Numbered from the stretch's first letter, positions 41,922 through 57,804 are shown. The stretch is 64,000 nucleotides of DNA from Octopus vulgaris (GCA_951406725.2 OX597826.1:7936001-8000000), one strand, 5' to 3'. The notes: a model not told the origin generated them from the letters alone. Program-made: numbers and translations.

Positions 41922-42518
41922 GTACAGAGCGTCATCAACAGTAAACAACATGAAGTAAGAATACAAATGAGTTAAATACGCAAACAACGAGAGAAAAAAT
42001 CGAAAACAGGACAAAGATCGACCCTTCATCAGTTGTTGCATATCTATCTACTCTTCATTTCGAGCATTCAACTACAATATGAATCTTCGAAGACAGTTGC
42101 TCCTATAAATACCAAAATATAATAGAGGGACAAATTTGGGAACAAAAACAGGACAGTGGAGATATACGAGGAAATCGAACGAAAACATATATATGTGCGC
42201 GCGCGCGTGTATGTGCGTGTAAGATCGCTGTAATTCGCTGGAAGTATTGTAATATCGAAGAAAGTAAAAAGAGAGAAAACAAAAAGCTTCAGGCGAAAAG
42301 CCCCATCTTCAGAAAAGCAGTATAAGAAATACCCAGTTATAAAGGTTCTGTGACATCCCTTCCGGGTTTAGGCTCTGAGTTCAAATTCCACCTAGATCAA
42401 ATTGTCCTTTCATCCTTTCGGGATTGATAAACTAATTGCCAGTGCTATCCCTCTAGCCCAAATTTTGAGCCTTGTGCCAATAGTAGAAAGGATTATTATT
42501 ATTATTGTTGTTGTAGTT

Positions 42519-42549
<31 letters not shown>

Positions 42550-42619
42550 TTGTTGTTGTTGTTGTCGTCGTCGCCGTCGTCGTCATCGTCGTCGTCGTCG
42601 TCGTTGTTGTTGTGTTGTT

Positions 42620-43166
42620 GACATTGAGTGAGAGAGTTGCATGCCATCAAATTGACAGTCGGGTACAAATATACGAAGCCCGATATACTCATCACGACTA
42701 CCCGTCTGATAAAAGGTACCCCAGGCACCTGCATCACAACCGTATGTGCATAACACGTTGACCTTGTGTCAAGATAAACAGCGTATGACTTTGCACATGA
42801 GGTCACGTTAGAATTCTCTTCTGGCTGAGCAGCCCATACTGTTCAGGTAGTCCCTGAATATAGATTATTTAAGGATGTTGGACGAAACACCCGTGGTTCC
42901 AGAGGTGAATTATTCAAACCCTAAAAAATCCCTCTCATAACATAGCTATACTTCCCCTCCCACCAGAGATTCACATATCATCGACCGCTAACGAACATGC
43001 TCAACTGGTTATGGTCAAATAATTGACAAGAAAGTCTGTGGTATTAAGCAGAATATTAACTGTAGCCCATCTTGTACATCAGGACAAACCACGTACATGT
43101 TAACATTTCCAATCAGTTAAGATAAGAAGCCACGAGAGCCACAACATGGTACTGCTTCAGGGCATT
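42620..43166. mobile_element. ~545-bp non-autonomous interspersed repeat bounded by triplet microsatellites; partial copies at 55065-55200 and 63230-63418 (opposite strand)
   Basis: CCCTGAATA..TTTAAGGATGTTG..CCAGAGGTGAA.TATT is shared with 55140-55200; ACATGCTCAA..GTTA.G.TCAA..AA.TGACAAG.AA.TCTGT is shared in reverse with 63270-63315. Confidence 0.65.
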
Positions 43167-43247
43167 TTTTTTTTATTATTATTATTATCATTATTATTAT
43201 CATTATTATTATCATTATTATTATCATTATTATTATTATTACTATTA

Positions 43248-43308
<61 letters not shown>

Positions 43309-43328
43309 CATCATCATCATCATCATCA

Positions 43329-43359
<31 letters not shown>

Positions 43360-43373
43360 CATCATCATCAACA

Positions 43374-43443
<70 letters not shown>

Positions 43444-43974
43444 CATTATTATCAGTAACATCATTATTATTATATTCATACCAACGATTTCTTCAAATAC
43501 CCGTCCAACGAATAAAATCCTTATCACAATTACCGTCAATATAATAACAACCAAGATAATAACAGCTCTATCGAACATCAATACTCGTACGATGATAGAA
43601 AGCCGTACACTCAATTCTAAATTGTAATAGTTAACACAAATAGATTCTGCAGATTATAAATACTGAAGATTGCATCAACTGATTGGGAAAATTTTAATGA
43701 AAAATCCACAAAGGCAGCCATTTTTATTTCTTGCAGTCCTTCATCGTTATCAGTAATCTTAAATATCATTTCTACAAACAGACTGACGGAAAACGACCGA
43801 CTTAGCAAAGTGCCAGACCACTATTGAACATTGTCCTTGTTTGTTTTAAGTTCAAATTGTACCAGACGGTACCAGAGTGAGTAGAATGTACCAGAGTCTC
43901 CTTAGTCTTCGTCCAGTTTTCGGCGATAAATAAAGTGCTATTTGCAGAGTTATAATGTCTAATCCATTGAAAGT

Positions 43975-44895
43975 GGCTGCAGGCATGGCTGTTGTGTTTG
44001 GAAGCTCATTTTGCAAACCTTGAGGCTTCGAGGTCAGTCCTGCTGTGGAGCGTCTTGGGCGAGTCTTTTACTGTGGCTGCGGACTGACCAATATCATTGT
44101 GAGTGAATTTGATAGACGGAATCGGTATATGGAAACCTGTCGTATGTGTGTTTGTATGCGTGTATCTGTAAGTCTTTGAGTGTACACGTTTAAGCCTTTG
44201 TGCGTGCGTGTGTGTATGTGTATGTCTGTGTGTGTTTTTGTGTATGTGTGTAGGAGTGTGTTTGTATGTATATGTCAGTTATCTCTTTCTTGGCATTTTT
44301 CTGTGACCTGCTCATGGCTCAATGATTAATGTCAAGGTTGCCGAATTTTATTGAGACAGATGTCGATAAATATCATCAATATTCGCGAATTAGAAAGGCG
44401 GGAGCTGGCAGAATCGTTAGATCACCGGGTAAGATGCTTAGCGGATTTCGCCTGTCTTTATGTTCTGAGTTCAAATTCCGCCGAGGTCGACTTTGCCTTT
44501 CATCTTTTCGGGGTCGATAAAATAATTACCAGTTACGCACTGGGGTCGATATAATCGACTTGACCCCTTCCACCAAATTGCTGACTTTGTGTCGAAATTT
44601 GTTATCAATATTATCGATATAGGAATCAATGTCAATAATGTTAAGACTACCCATCAGTTCGATACGAAAATGGATGACCCTTTTTATTAACTTCTGAAAA
44701 GCCCTTCCACACGTATTTGACAACCGGTATTGGGCTGTTTGCATCCCTGTAACTTAGTGGTTCGGCATAAGAGACCGATAGAACAAGTACTAGACATAAA
44801 AATAAGGGCTAGGGGGTTGATTTCTTTGACTAAACTCTTTCAAGGCGGTGCCCCAGCTTGGCCACAGTCCTTTGACTGAAACAAGTAAAAGACAA
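43975..44895 (+). mobile_element. Old family B SINE halves (43975-44150, 44715-44895) with a family A SINE (44396-44600) between them
   Basis: Family-diagnostic motifs in the order B-5', microsatellite, A, B-3'. Confidence 0.75.
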
Positions 44896-45554
44896 AGATA
44901 AGAATATGCGGTAGTCGTAAGGTTGGTGATTTGAGCAATCGGATTAAGAACAAAATTATTCCAGTTATAATTTAGGCTAGAAACTCCATTCACCAGGAAC
45001 TTAACGATTTAGCTAATGTTACAAATTTACAGAGAATTAGTTTTAGAAAATCTCAAATCTAGTTTATAGATTATAACTATAACAATTTTGTTGTTAATCC
45101 GCTTGTTAAAATCACCAGCCTTAGAACTACTATAGTCTTTCATTTCTTTGAAGTCAAGCAGGATAGTTATCCATTTGCGATGGCGGTGGATATTCTAATA
45201 TTCTTGACATTAAGGATTTATTACTCTGTTACTATGTTTTAACAAACAGATTTCTCGCAACAGATAATGCTCGGTATTTATTGATGTTTCAATTCATGTT
45301 ATTTAATAATAAATTCTGCTCCGTCTCATCGTTTCCTTATTTGGTTTCGTGGATATAAATTCTATGTTCTGATCTGCCTCGACTGACATTTTATCCTTAC
45401 GCAGATCAGAAAACGCGTACCAATAATCTTTTGGGAACGAATTCTTCCAATGTCCACGTGTTCTAATTAACATTTACCTTGCATCGAACTGAAAGAAATA
45501 ATCAACAGATTTATTAATACAAATGGGGGATCGCTATTTTACCAATTATAAATA

Positions 45555-45740
45555 CAGGCGCAGGCGTTGCTGTGTGGTAAGAAGCTTGCTTCCCGACAAC
45601 ACGGTTCGTGGTTCAGTCCACCGGCGTGGCATCTTGTGCAATTGTTTTCTACTATAGCCTCGGGGTACTAAAACCCTGTGAGTGAGTTTGGTTGACGGAA
45701 ACTGAAAAAGAAGCCCCTCGTATACATCTGTATATATATG

Positions 45741-45792
<52 letters not shown>

Positions 45793-46060
45793 CATGTATG
45801 TATGTATGTATGTATATACGTGTGTATCTGTGTCCTTATGTCTGTACCCCACAACACAACATACAGATATACCGCTTCACAACCGGTTCTGATGTGCTCA
45901 CATCCCCGTAACTTAGCGGTTGGGCGAAAGAAATTGAAAGAATAAGTAACAGGCTTTAGAAAAAAAATAAGCAGCGAGGCTGATACTTTCGACTTAAAAT
46001 TCTTCAAGACTATTTCCCAGCATGACCGCATTTTAATGACTGGCACAAAAGATGAAAGAC
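45555..46060 (+). mobile_element. Family B SINE with internal microsatellite
   Basis: AGGCGCAGGCGTTGCTGTGTGGTAAGAAGC..CCCCGTAACTTAGCGGTT..CCCAGCATGACCGCA. Confidence 0.9.
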
Positions 46061-46145
46061 ATGGGTATAGCAATACAAACAGAACTCGATACACATCTGC
46101 ACCAGGATAGAGCGTTAGGCGAGAACAGAGCGTAATATGACATTA

Positions 46146-46328
46146 AACAAATGATGATGGGTCAGGAATTCCGTAACTAACTGTCTTGTCTTACAGCTGT
46201 TTCTGTTGTGAGAAAGGCATAAGGTGATGCATAAACACTAAGATTTGAGTGCGGTGCGTCTGATAGTCGAAACAGCTCTAAGCTAAAGGAGTTGATTACG
46301 TAATTTCCAGTTCCCTTGTCATTTACTT
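46146..46328. repeat. Inverted repeat (~60-bp arms) built on CTTACAGCTGTTTC / GAAACAGCTCTAAG
   Basis: AAATGA..GG..GGAATTCCGTAACTAACT..CTTACAGCTGTTTC is mirrored by GAAACAGCTCTAAG..AGTTGATTACGTAATTTCC..TCATTT. Confidence 0.65.
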
Positions 46329-46901
46329 AATTTCACGTATATGCATATGTATATACATTATATATATATATATACATATATATGTGTGTGGTTGTATGGT
46401 ATGTATGTAACATATATATATATATATAGGGAGATCTTACGGAAAAAAACAAAAGATGAAGACATGTGGCGTACAAAACAAACAGATGTATTAGTATAAC
46501 GTTCAGGAATAGAAAGAGTCTTTTACGTTTCGAGCCTACGCTCTTCTACAGAAAGGGACACAGGAAAAACACGGAGACAAACACGGAGAGAAAAAAATGT
46601 GTATAGTGCCTAACGATCTATCATACACACACACACATATATATATATGTGTGTGTGTGTGTAAGTATGTATGTATGTATAATTGTATGTATGTATTCAT
46701 TATATATATACACTCTGTACATTTAAACACATGAGATGGCCATAATCGGACATCTAAACCACTAGAAGGAGTTAAAATCCAAGCCACAATTAGGGGTAAT
46801 TTCGAAAGGGAATGAAAAATAAAAAACATTTACCATCTATTTCCTGGACCATGGTTTCAAGCTATCTTCAGCAAATAAAGTCATTTGCTAGGCGAAGCTC
46901 T

Positions 46902-46933
<32 letters not shown>

Positions 46934-46987
46934 TGTATGTATGTATGTATGTATGTATGTATGTATGTATGTATGTATGCATGTATG

Positions 46988-47021
<34 letters not shown>

Positions 47022-47064
47022 TGCATGTATGTATGTATGTATGTATGTATATCTGTTTATGCAT

Positions 47065-47445
47065 TTAGACGTGGCTGAGTGGTAAAAAGCTAGCTTCTCG
47101 ACCACATGTGGTTCAGTCCCACCGCGTAGCACCTAGGCAACTGTCTTCTACTATAGTCTCGAGCCGACCACCAACGCCTTGTGAGTTGATTTGTTAGAGG
47201 GATACTGAAAGAAGCCCGTCATATATATGTGTCTAACTGTGTATGTGAGTGTGTCTTTGCGTCTATGTTTGTCTCACAACCACCACTTGACAATCGGTGT
47301 TGTTGTGATTATGTCCCCGTAACTTAGCGGTTCGATATAAAAGACCTATTATACAAATACCACGCTTTGTTCGATTAAAACCCTTGAAGCTGGTGCCCAA
47401 GCATGGCCGCAGTCAAATAACTGGAATAAGTAAAAGAATAAAAGA
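47065..47445 (+). mobile_element. Family B SINE
   Basis: GTGGCTGAGTGGTAA..GGTTCAGTCCCAC..GTCCCCGTAACTTAGCGGTTCG..GCATGGCCGCAGTCAAAT. Confidence 0.9.
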
Positions 47446-48280
47446 TATTATTTACGTCATAAGAATTAAGAAACTTTGAGAAGCGTCAAATATTTCCTTT
47501 TTAACTAAGGAACGCAAAGAAGAACAAAGCTTCTGAAATGGATGGAGAAAATGGGAGGATTTCTTCGGTGCGAAATGAGAATACAGGTTCGAGTTACACG
47601 AGTTGCCTTCGAAGCTTTCCATCCATCGCTGCTTTTTTAGCTCAATATTTATACCGTATTATTTATAGCTTTATCTACCTCGAGGTTCCACCGTTATAAA
47701 CGATACATACATACATACATATCTTATGCGTGTGTGTGATTGCGTGTGTGTATATCCGATTACAGTTTCGTGTGTGTGTGTGCGTGCGTGTGGGCGTGTG
47801 CATGTGTGTGTGTGTAATACATGGTCATATCTTAGTCTTTACGTGTGTACGCGTGTGTCTGACTATGCGCGTGTAGGCGCTTGTGTATTTGTCTGCCATT
47901 GTGTGCTAATTCAATCAAAGGCAGCATCTAACGTTAGAAATGAGAATTTTATGAACTGCTTCGCTGGACTAAATGACCCAAATGTCTCTGATTCCGTCCC
48001 ATTATTTTCTGTTTCCGAATCCCTTTGGAATCGATTTACTTTTCATCTTTACGTGATAGAAAAACTAATCACTCAGCTTGTACTACGATCGATTCAGTTG
48101 ACCGAATTACGACTGTGTGATCGCAACTTACATTACTTATGCTAAAATCATGATATATACATACATATATGTGTGTTTGTGTGTGTGTGTGATATATGTA
48201 TATTTGTATACGTATATGTATGCATATATATATATATATATATACACATATATATATATGTATATGTATATATTTATATC

Positions 48281-48365
<85 letters not shown>

Positions 48366-48493
48366 GTATTTTGTAGGTACTTATGTCTGTATTTATATAT
48401 GTAGGTATACATATTGGTACTATCTATGGATGTGTATATGTATATATATATACATATATATACATACACATATATATATATACATATATATAT

Positions 48494-48596
<103 letters not shown>

Positions 48597-48869
48597 TAAG
48601 TTAAAAGTTAAAAATTAGTGTGAACGCATTTAACGAAAGGAATTTAGAAGTATTAATGAATTAGTTGGTGAAAACAAGAATATTATCAATGAGTAATTAT
48701 TTTAATTAAAATTTAATTAGTCATTATTTAATACATTTTACGTTTTCCAACGTTCTATGCATATTGACGGATATATATTGTTTTTAAAGCCACGTACTTA
48801 TTCTGTAGGTTCGTTTGCCAAACCGCTAAGTTGCGCGTACTTTAAGAAACGAGCAATATGTATACATAG

Positions 48870-48903
<34 letters not shown>

Positions 48904-49087
48904 AGAGTTTACGAAAAACACAAACGACGAAGACAGATGGTATACAAAACAAACAGAGGTATTAGTATAACGCTCGTGAATAGAAAAAGTCTTTTGCGTT
49001 TCGAGCCTACGCTCTTCTACAGAAAGGGACACAGAAAAAACAAGGAGAGAAAAAAATGTTTGTAGTGGCCAACGATCTATCACGGCG

Positions 49088-49292
49088 AACCACGCCTGGC
49101 GCATAGGGCCGGTTTGCCGGATTCCTTGGTGTACAGGTTCCCCACCTGGATGGGACACTGATCTGTCGCAGGTGAGCTGCAAGATGCAGGAGGAAAGAGT
49201 GAGAAAGTTGTGGCGAAAGAGTCAGCAGAAGTTCGCCATTACCTTCTGCCGGAGCCGCGTGGAGCTTAGGTGTTTCGCTCATAAACACACAC
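49088..49292 (-). mobile_element. Family D SINE, partial
   Basis: GCAGGTGAGCTGCAAGATGCAGGAGGAAAGAGTGAGAAAGTTGTGGCGAAAGAGTCAGCAGAAG. Confidence 0.88.
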
Positions 49293-49304
49293 ATGCGCAC
49301 ACAT

Positions 49305-49457
<153 letters not shown>

Positions 49458-49863
49458 CAGACAGATAAATAGATACACGAGGGGCTTCTTTCTAGTTTCC
49501 GTCTTTCAAATCGACCCATAAGATTTTATCCGGTGAGGGACTCTGGTATCTCCAATGTGTCATACAGTAAGCCCTGAAACTGGAGACAACTTTTGGGGAA
49601 GGAAACCTTTTTAACACCTAACCACACTTACACTTTATAACCTATATGTATGTATATATATGTATGCATGTATGTATTTATGTATGCATGTATGCATGTA
49701 TGTATGTATGTATGTATGAATGTATGTATGTTTGTATGTATGTCTGTATGTATGTATGTATGTATGAATGTATGTATGTATGTATGTATGCATGTATGTA
49801 TATATGCATGTATGTGCGTGTGTGTGCATGTGTGTTTATGTATTCATAATTGTATGTTTGTAT

Positions 49864-49922
<59 letters not shown>

Positions 49923-50438
49923 GTATATATGTATGTATGTATGTTTGTGCTATGGATAAATACATTGATCTCATAAACGCGTATATGATTTGTATTTATA
50001 TTTACATAAATTATGTGATAAATTCAATAATATCTTATGTAAATTAATATATGTACAACTATGTGTTTGTATATATATCTTTTCCTTCCTCAGGCATTTT
50101 GTTTCCTCATGCTGTTTGTGTGAAAGAATACAGGAAAGACAAGCAGCTCCTGTCATTGCTGACCACTTGTTTATGCATCTGGCTAAGGTTTTCTCCATGA
50201 TGCAAGCCTGTGGAAAGCATTTCTCTTTTTTTTCTCTCTTTGTTTATTCATTCCATTGAAGACCCCCGGTTGATTACGCATTCAAGAGTTCCTCCACCAA
50301 ACTGTTGATGTCCAAACTATATATATTGACGTCATATTACAATTAGAACAAAGCTTTAAACAATTGATAACACAACTACCAAACTACGTTTTATTTTTCC
50401 AGTAATTTGAATATATTGTTTTTGATAATATGTAATCT

Positions 50439-50961
50439 TGTTTCTTTCTTGTTGTTTGTTCCTTCTCGAGCCACGCCTGGCTCATAAGGGCCGGTTTCCC
50501 GGTTTCCTTGGCGTATAGGTTCCCCATCTGGACGGGACGCCGGTCCGTCGCAGGTGATCTGCTAGATGCAGGAGGAAAGAGTGAGAGAAAGTTGTGGCGA
50601 AAGAGTCAGCAGAAGTTTGCCATTATCTTCTGCCGGAGCCGCTTGGAGCTTAGGTGTTTGTTTGTTCCTTCTCGAGCCATGCCTGTCTCATGAAGGCCGG
50701 TTTCCCGGTTTCCTTGGCGTATATGTTCCCCATCTGGACGGGACGCCGGTCCGTCGCAGGTGAGCTGCAAGATGCAGGAGGAAAGAGTGAGAGAAAGTTG
50801 TGGCAAAAGAGTCAGCAGAAGTTCACCATGACCTTCTGCCGGAGCCGCGTGGAGTTTAAGTGTTTCGCTCATAAACACACACATCGCTCGGTCTGAGATT
50901 CGAACCCGCGATCCCTCGACCGCGAGTCCGCTGCTCTAACCACTAGGCCATGTCCCTCCAC
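50439..50961 (-). mobile_element. Family D SINE dimer inside one TSD
   Basis: Two bodies and one tRNA head; ATGTAATCT at 50430-50438 and 50966-50974. Confidence 0.9.
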
Positions 50962-52172
50962 AATAATGTAATCTAAAGACGGCAAATTCAAACTGTTTCA
51001 AGGCATGAGTGTTGTCGGACAACAGAGCTTCCGGAATCTGAAATACCAGATTTACGAGCCCTAACCAGTGTGGTCGCTGGTTTTGGCATAAGAACGCAAA
51101 TAACCGGAAACTAAAAGGAGTACAGCAAGGCACACCTTAAACTCTATAACACTTCTAGTCTTTCACCAATCTGTGTTGATTCATTTTTATCAATTCTGGA
51201 AGATTGAAAGACAAAAGATGACCTGGGTTAGATACATACACAACATACTGAGAGCTATATAGTTTCAACCAAGACCGGCATCATGGAAAGAGAACACAAT
51301 TTGACCTTTTCAAAAACATATTTCTGCCCTTTTTTAATCACTTCTCTCCCAGTGATCCTTATCTTGGATTAAATGACCTGCAAATCGTTATGAGATAAAA
51401 CGCTATGATGCAATTAATTATGTAAGTGCAGCACACGATTCATTGAACACCTAATTGAAAATGGTTTTCTTTGTGTTATAGGAAATTTGAATGCATATAA
51501 TGTGCTTGTGTATATTCGTGTGTATGTATGTCTCTATGTCTGTGTATGTGTGTATGTGCGTGTCTGTGGTGAGAGTGTTGTGTATGTGTGTGATAAGGTT
51601 AAAATTAACATGACGATAAAACAATCAGAGCAATAAAGCCACGTTTGAAACTGTACCTCTGATAGCAATATTAAACAGCCAGACGAAACAAACCGATTCA
51701 TGAGAAATAAAATATTTCTGAAAAAAAAGGAAATATCTTGCGGCCGTTCAAGGGATACCGAGCCATCGATTATTCAGTCGTTATAGCTGCACTCTGTTGA
51801 AATTTTATTTTCCATTCCATACATTGTCGAACCAATTACGTAAGCTGATCAGACCAGATGTCATCCAAAAATTTGAATAAAGCCATTACTTATTCCCATC
51901 ATATTTAACTTCCCCTATCACATTACAATTACCTCTCCCATAACATTTAGCCCCTACCTCAACCATTCGCAATTACTTCTCCCGTTATAGTTTCTTTCCC
52001 GTGAAGACTTGATTCCTTCCCCCATAACAAACACAAACACGCAAAAAATGCATATATATATACATAATATATATCCAGAACCTTTATAGGACACGCTTAA
52101 TGTTTTGAGGCATCAAAGTGTGAATTAATTTCACCTATATATATATACATATAAATACGTATATATACAAAC

Positions 52173-52237
<65 letters not shown>

Positions 52238-52317
52238 CATATATATATATATACATATACATACATATATACATACATAAATACATAAATGCATATATGC
52301 ATACATACGTCTATGTA

Positions 52318-52363
<46 letters not shown>

Positions 52364-52894
52364 GACGTATGTACGTATATATGCATTTATGTATTTATGT
52401 ATGTATGCATATATGTATGTATATGTATATATATATATATATACGATTATCTGTTATGTAAACTTTATATTTAATTTAATATATTTTTATTTTATTTCCG
52501 TTTATATCTCACAATATTTTAATGTCTCTTAAATATTGAAAGTCTCTTTAGATTTAAATCCCCCATAAACTACTCATATTTCGGAGTATATCGAAGCACT
52601 ATCGGGTAGTGTTTTTCAATTAAAACCTATTTTCCTAAATCGTTCCAAACTATTTTCATAGCTTTTCATTTTTTTTTACTCCTTTCTCCCCTCCGCCTCC
52701 ATTTTATGTCAGTCTGTTTTCGCTAATCTATGTCATCGCAGTTAACTCCCGTATGTGCTTGCTTCCTGCATAAATTATGAAGAAGTGGGTCTATGGATGG
52801 CATGTGAGAATTAATGTATGGATGTGTGAATTTGGATAGGGAGATATGGGTGTGGATCTACATCTAAGTCAGTCATTCTGATTCCAAGATTTCA

Positions 52895-52933
<39 letters not shown>

Positions 52934-53035
52934 AGATTAAATACATACATACACAAATATATATATGTATATATGTATATATATGTATATATATACACAC
53001 ATGTATATTATACATATATGTATATATATATATAA

Positions 53036-53069
<34 letters not shown>

Positions 53070-53081
53070 ATCTATATATAG

Positions 53082-53113
<32 letters not shown>

Positions 53114-53337
53114 ACACAGATATAGATATATATACATATATATGCATTATTATTTATACATAAATACAAAAATACACACTAAATACATAAGGGTACACAA
53201 ATATTAATAGTAAAATAGGTATCAATTTAGCCCCTTATATATTATGAGGGATTATGTTTGGATGTATGTATGTATGTATATGTATATAGAGAGAGAGCGA
53301 GAGAGTATGTATACATATATGTACATATATACAAACC

Positions 53338-53438
<101 letters not shown>

Positions 53439-53522
53439 TACATACACACAAACTCAAACATGTACGTATTTACAAATACACTTTGAAATATGTGCGTACG
53501 TATTATACCTATCCATATCTAT

Positions 53523-53635
<113 letters not shown>

Positions 53636-53727
53636 TGCTACCTCAATATAAAAATAAAGTTTTTCAGAAATCTCTTCGATGGAAAAATAATATAGATGAA
53701 TATTCTTTATGCCAATATATGAAGTCA

Positions 53728-54140
53728 ATGCGCTGGCAGAATCGCTACCGCATTGGGCAAAATGCTTAGCAATATTTCGTCCGTCCTTACATTCTGAGTT
53801 CAAATTCTGCCGAAATCCACCTTGTCTTATTCTTACAAGGGTCGATAAAATAAAGTACCAGCAGAACACTGGGAGCCATGTAATCGCCTTCCGCCTTCTG
53901 CTGAAATCACAGGCCTTGAATCAAAACTTGAAACCTATATATGAATTTAATAAGGAAGTTGGCTGACAGAACCGTTAGCACGCATTTCGTCTGTCCTTAT
54001 GTTCTGAGTTCAAATTCCGCCGAGTCCCAGTTTGCCTTTCATCCTTTCAATGGATCAATAAAATAAGTCCATTTGAATACTGAGGTCGATATAATTGATT
54101 TACCCCTTTTCTCAAAATTGCTGAACTTGTGCCAAAATTT
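53728..54140 (+). mobile_element. Two diverged family A SINEs; further partial copy at 54697-54812
   Basis: CTGGCAGAATCG..TTCTGAGTTCAAATTC..GGGTCGATAAAATAAAGTACCAG. Confidence 0.82.
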
Positions 54141-54558
54141 AATTGTCCCAAATAAATCTGTACGTCTTGTGGTTTTAGTGGAATGATTAATATATATCAG
54201 CAGTAATATAAATGGAGTGTCCTTCAGTGCATTAACACTTGATCAGTATGGTTGGTAGCATGACACCTTTTACTGCGCCCACGACTCGTAGTAAGGAGGA
54301 AGGGAGAAAGACATCTTCAGATCGAGATCTGTACTGTGAGGCTCTGGCAAAGTTGACTCCGTTATAGGCAAGAAAGGGACACGGGGTAGACCTTTATATT
54401 AGGCTAGGTATTTTGAATGGAATGGGCTGAAATACGTACGAAATTTATTCTGCCAGTCCTTTCCCCGGGCGTGGCACGTTATTTTTCGACCCTGAAAGGA
54501 TTAAAAGCAAAGTGGATGTCAATGGGATCCAATCTCACTAGGCAAGGCACCATAATAA

Positions 54559-54606
<48 letters not shown>

Positions 54607-54826
54607 CAGCAGCAGCAGCAAAAGGAACAGCAGCAGCAACAGTGGCAACAGCGTTACCAGCACTTGTAGCAGTAGCAACAACAAAATTATTAACATTTTG
54701 CTTTCATCCTTTCGGGGTCTATAAATTAAGTACCAGTGAAACACTGGAGTCGATGTAATCGACTAGTCCCCCCGCCCAAATTTCAGGCTTTGCGTCTTTA
54801 GTAGAAAGGAATATTATTATTATTAA

Positions 54827-54889
<63 letters not shown>

Positions 54890-55769
54890 CGTTATTATTA
54901 TTATTATTATAAGTAGTAATAATAGTAGATGCAGTAGTAGTAGAAGTAGTAGTAGTAGAAGTAGTAGCAGCAGCTGCGCAGGCAGCATAGCATCAGCAAG
55001 TAGTAGTAGTAGTAGTAGTAGCGCGTAGTAGTAGTAGTAGTAGTAGTAGTTACCAAAAAAAAAACATGACACATGACCTTGCAGGTGGGGCCCAGTTTGA
55101 ATTTTCTTCAGGTTGAGTAGCCATCCCGCTCAAACGGTCCCCGAATAAGGGTTGTTTAAGGATGTTGAAAGAACCACCCATGTTTCCAGAGGTGAACTAT
55201 TAGTAGTAGTAGAAAAAAGGAAAGAAGGAAATCAAGAAAGAAAGAAAGAAAGAAAAAAGAAAGAAAGGAAAATGGAAGGAAGGAAGGAAGGAAGGAAGGA
55301 AGGAAGGAAGAACAGAAGCAAGTAACAAGGAGCTAGACTTTTGCTGTTTTGTAAGTTAAAAAGAAAGGTCAGCGAGAAAGTGTAGTTCTCACAGATGGAT
55401 AGACCGATCGGACATTGCAGGAAATTATATTTGAGAGACTTTGTTTCAAAGCCTCAACCACTGTCTACCGCCATGTTTTATTATTTGTGCTTGGTCGAGC
55501 AGAATATTAATGGATGATTGCTAACATGTGCTCAAGTTAATCAGACCGGCCATTTTCTGTTTTTTTTTTATTATTATTTTTCTTTCTTGTTTTATTTTAG
55601 TTGTTGTTGTTGTTGTTGATAATGAAGATTTGTTTACAGTTTATTTTTGTTGAGCGTTTCATGTGTTTTTTTTTTCTAGTTTTAGTTTTTGTTTTTATTG
55701 AGTATCATACTTTTTGGGTGTTCTTTTTGGTATAGCAGATATAAACCAAAACAATTTCTAACTTAAAAA

Positions 55770-57032
<1,263 letters not shown>

Positions 57033-57804
57033 TAGAAAAAAACACCTTTTATCAATTTGATTTAGTATTTCAAAATTGAATTTTTCCCAGTATGTTAGGA
57101 TTAATATTCCCTCAAATAATTATAATTATACATATATAAATACTTCATTTGTCCTGTTCGTTTACATTCATAATTGTGCTAATTCTTCTTGGGAACAATT
57201 CTTGGTCGTTGAGACCATTGCGGATCTATTTTTAGCGCAAGAGCGTCCACATAGTGGACCCACTCTTATATTTGTGTGTGTATATATATACATTAATATA
57301 GATAGCTCTGTGCAATGTTTCACCAAGAAGAAAATCTCTAATTGTCACTAAATCTGTTAGAACACCTACATTGCTAGAAATAAGACCTAAAAGCTAAAAC
57401 GCTCTAATACTGAAGTTAAAGCACATAATCGTATACATATTTATAGTTCGTTTTAAATCTTCATATGTGCGTAGGACACGGCCTTCTTATCAGAAGCTCG
57501 GAGACAAATTGGAGAGCTTAGACAGAGGTAGAAGGGAGAATACTATATGAACAGTGTGTAGCACGAAACCAGGGTCACGCGTTTTGGGATTAAAGTCCAG
57601 TAAATTGAATTTAGTATTTTTACTGGTACTTTAATTTACCGTTGATTGTTAAAATGCAAAATTAAGATCGACAGAATTTGATTCCGTGAATGTAATCATC
57701 TGTGAAAAAATACCAGAAAATATTTTGATCGATACTCTGGGCATCCTGCCTATCCGCTACCCTAGAGGATATTATACCCCAAGAATTATATGTATATATA
57801 GGCT

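Noticed and set aside
43450-43810. Stretch with LKIASTDWENFNEK, reminiscent of a LINE endonuclease start
   Set aside because: The similarity is too short and no downstream APE motifs are seen.
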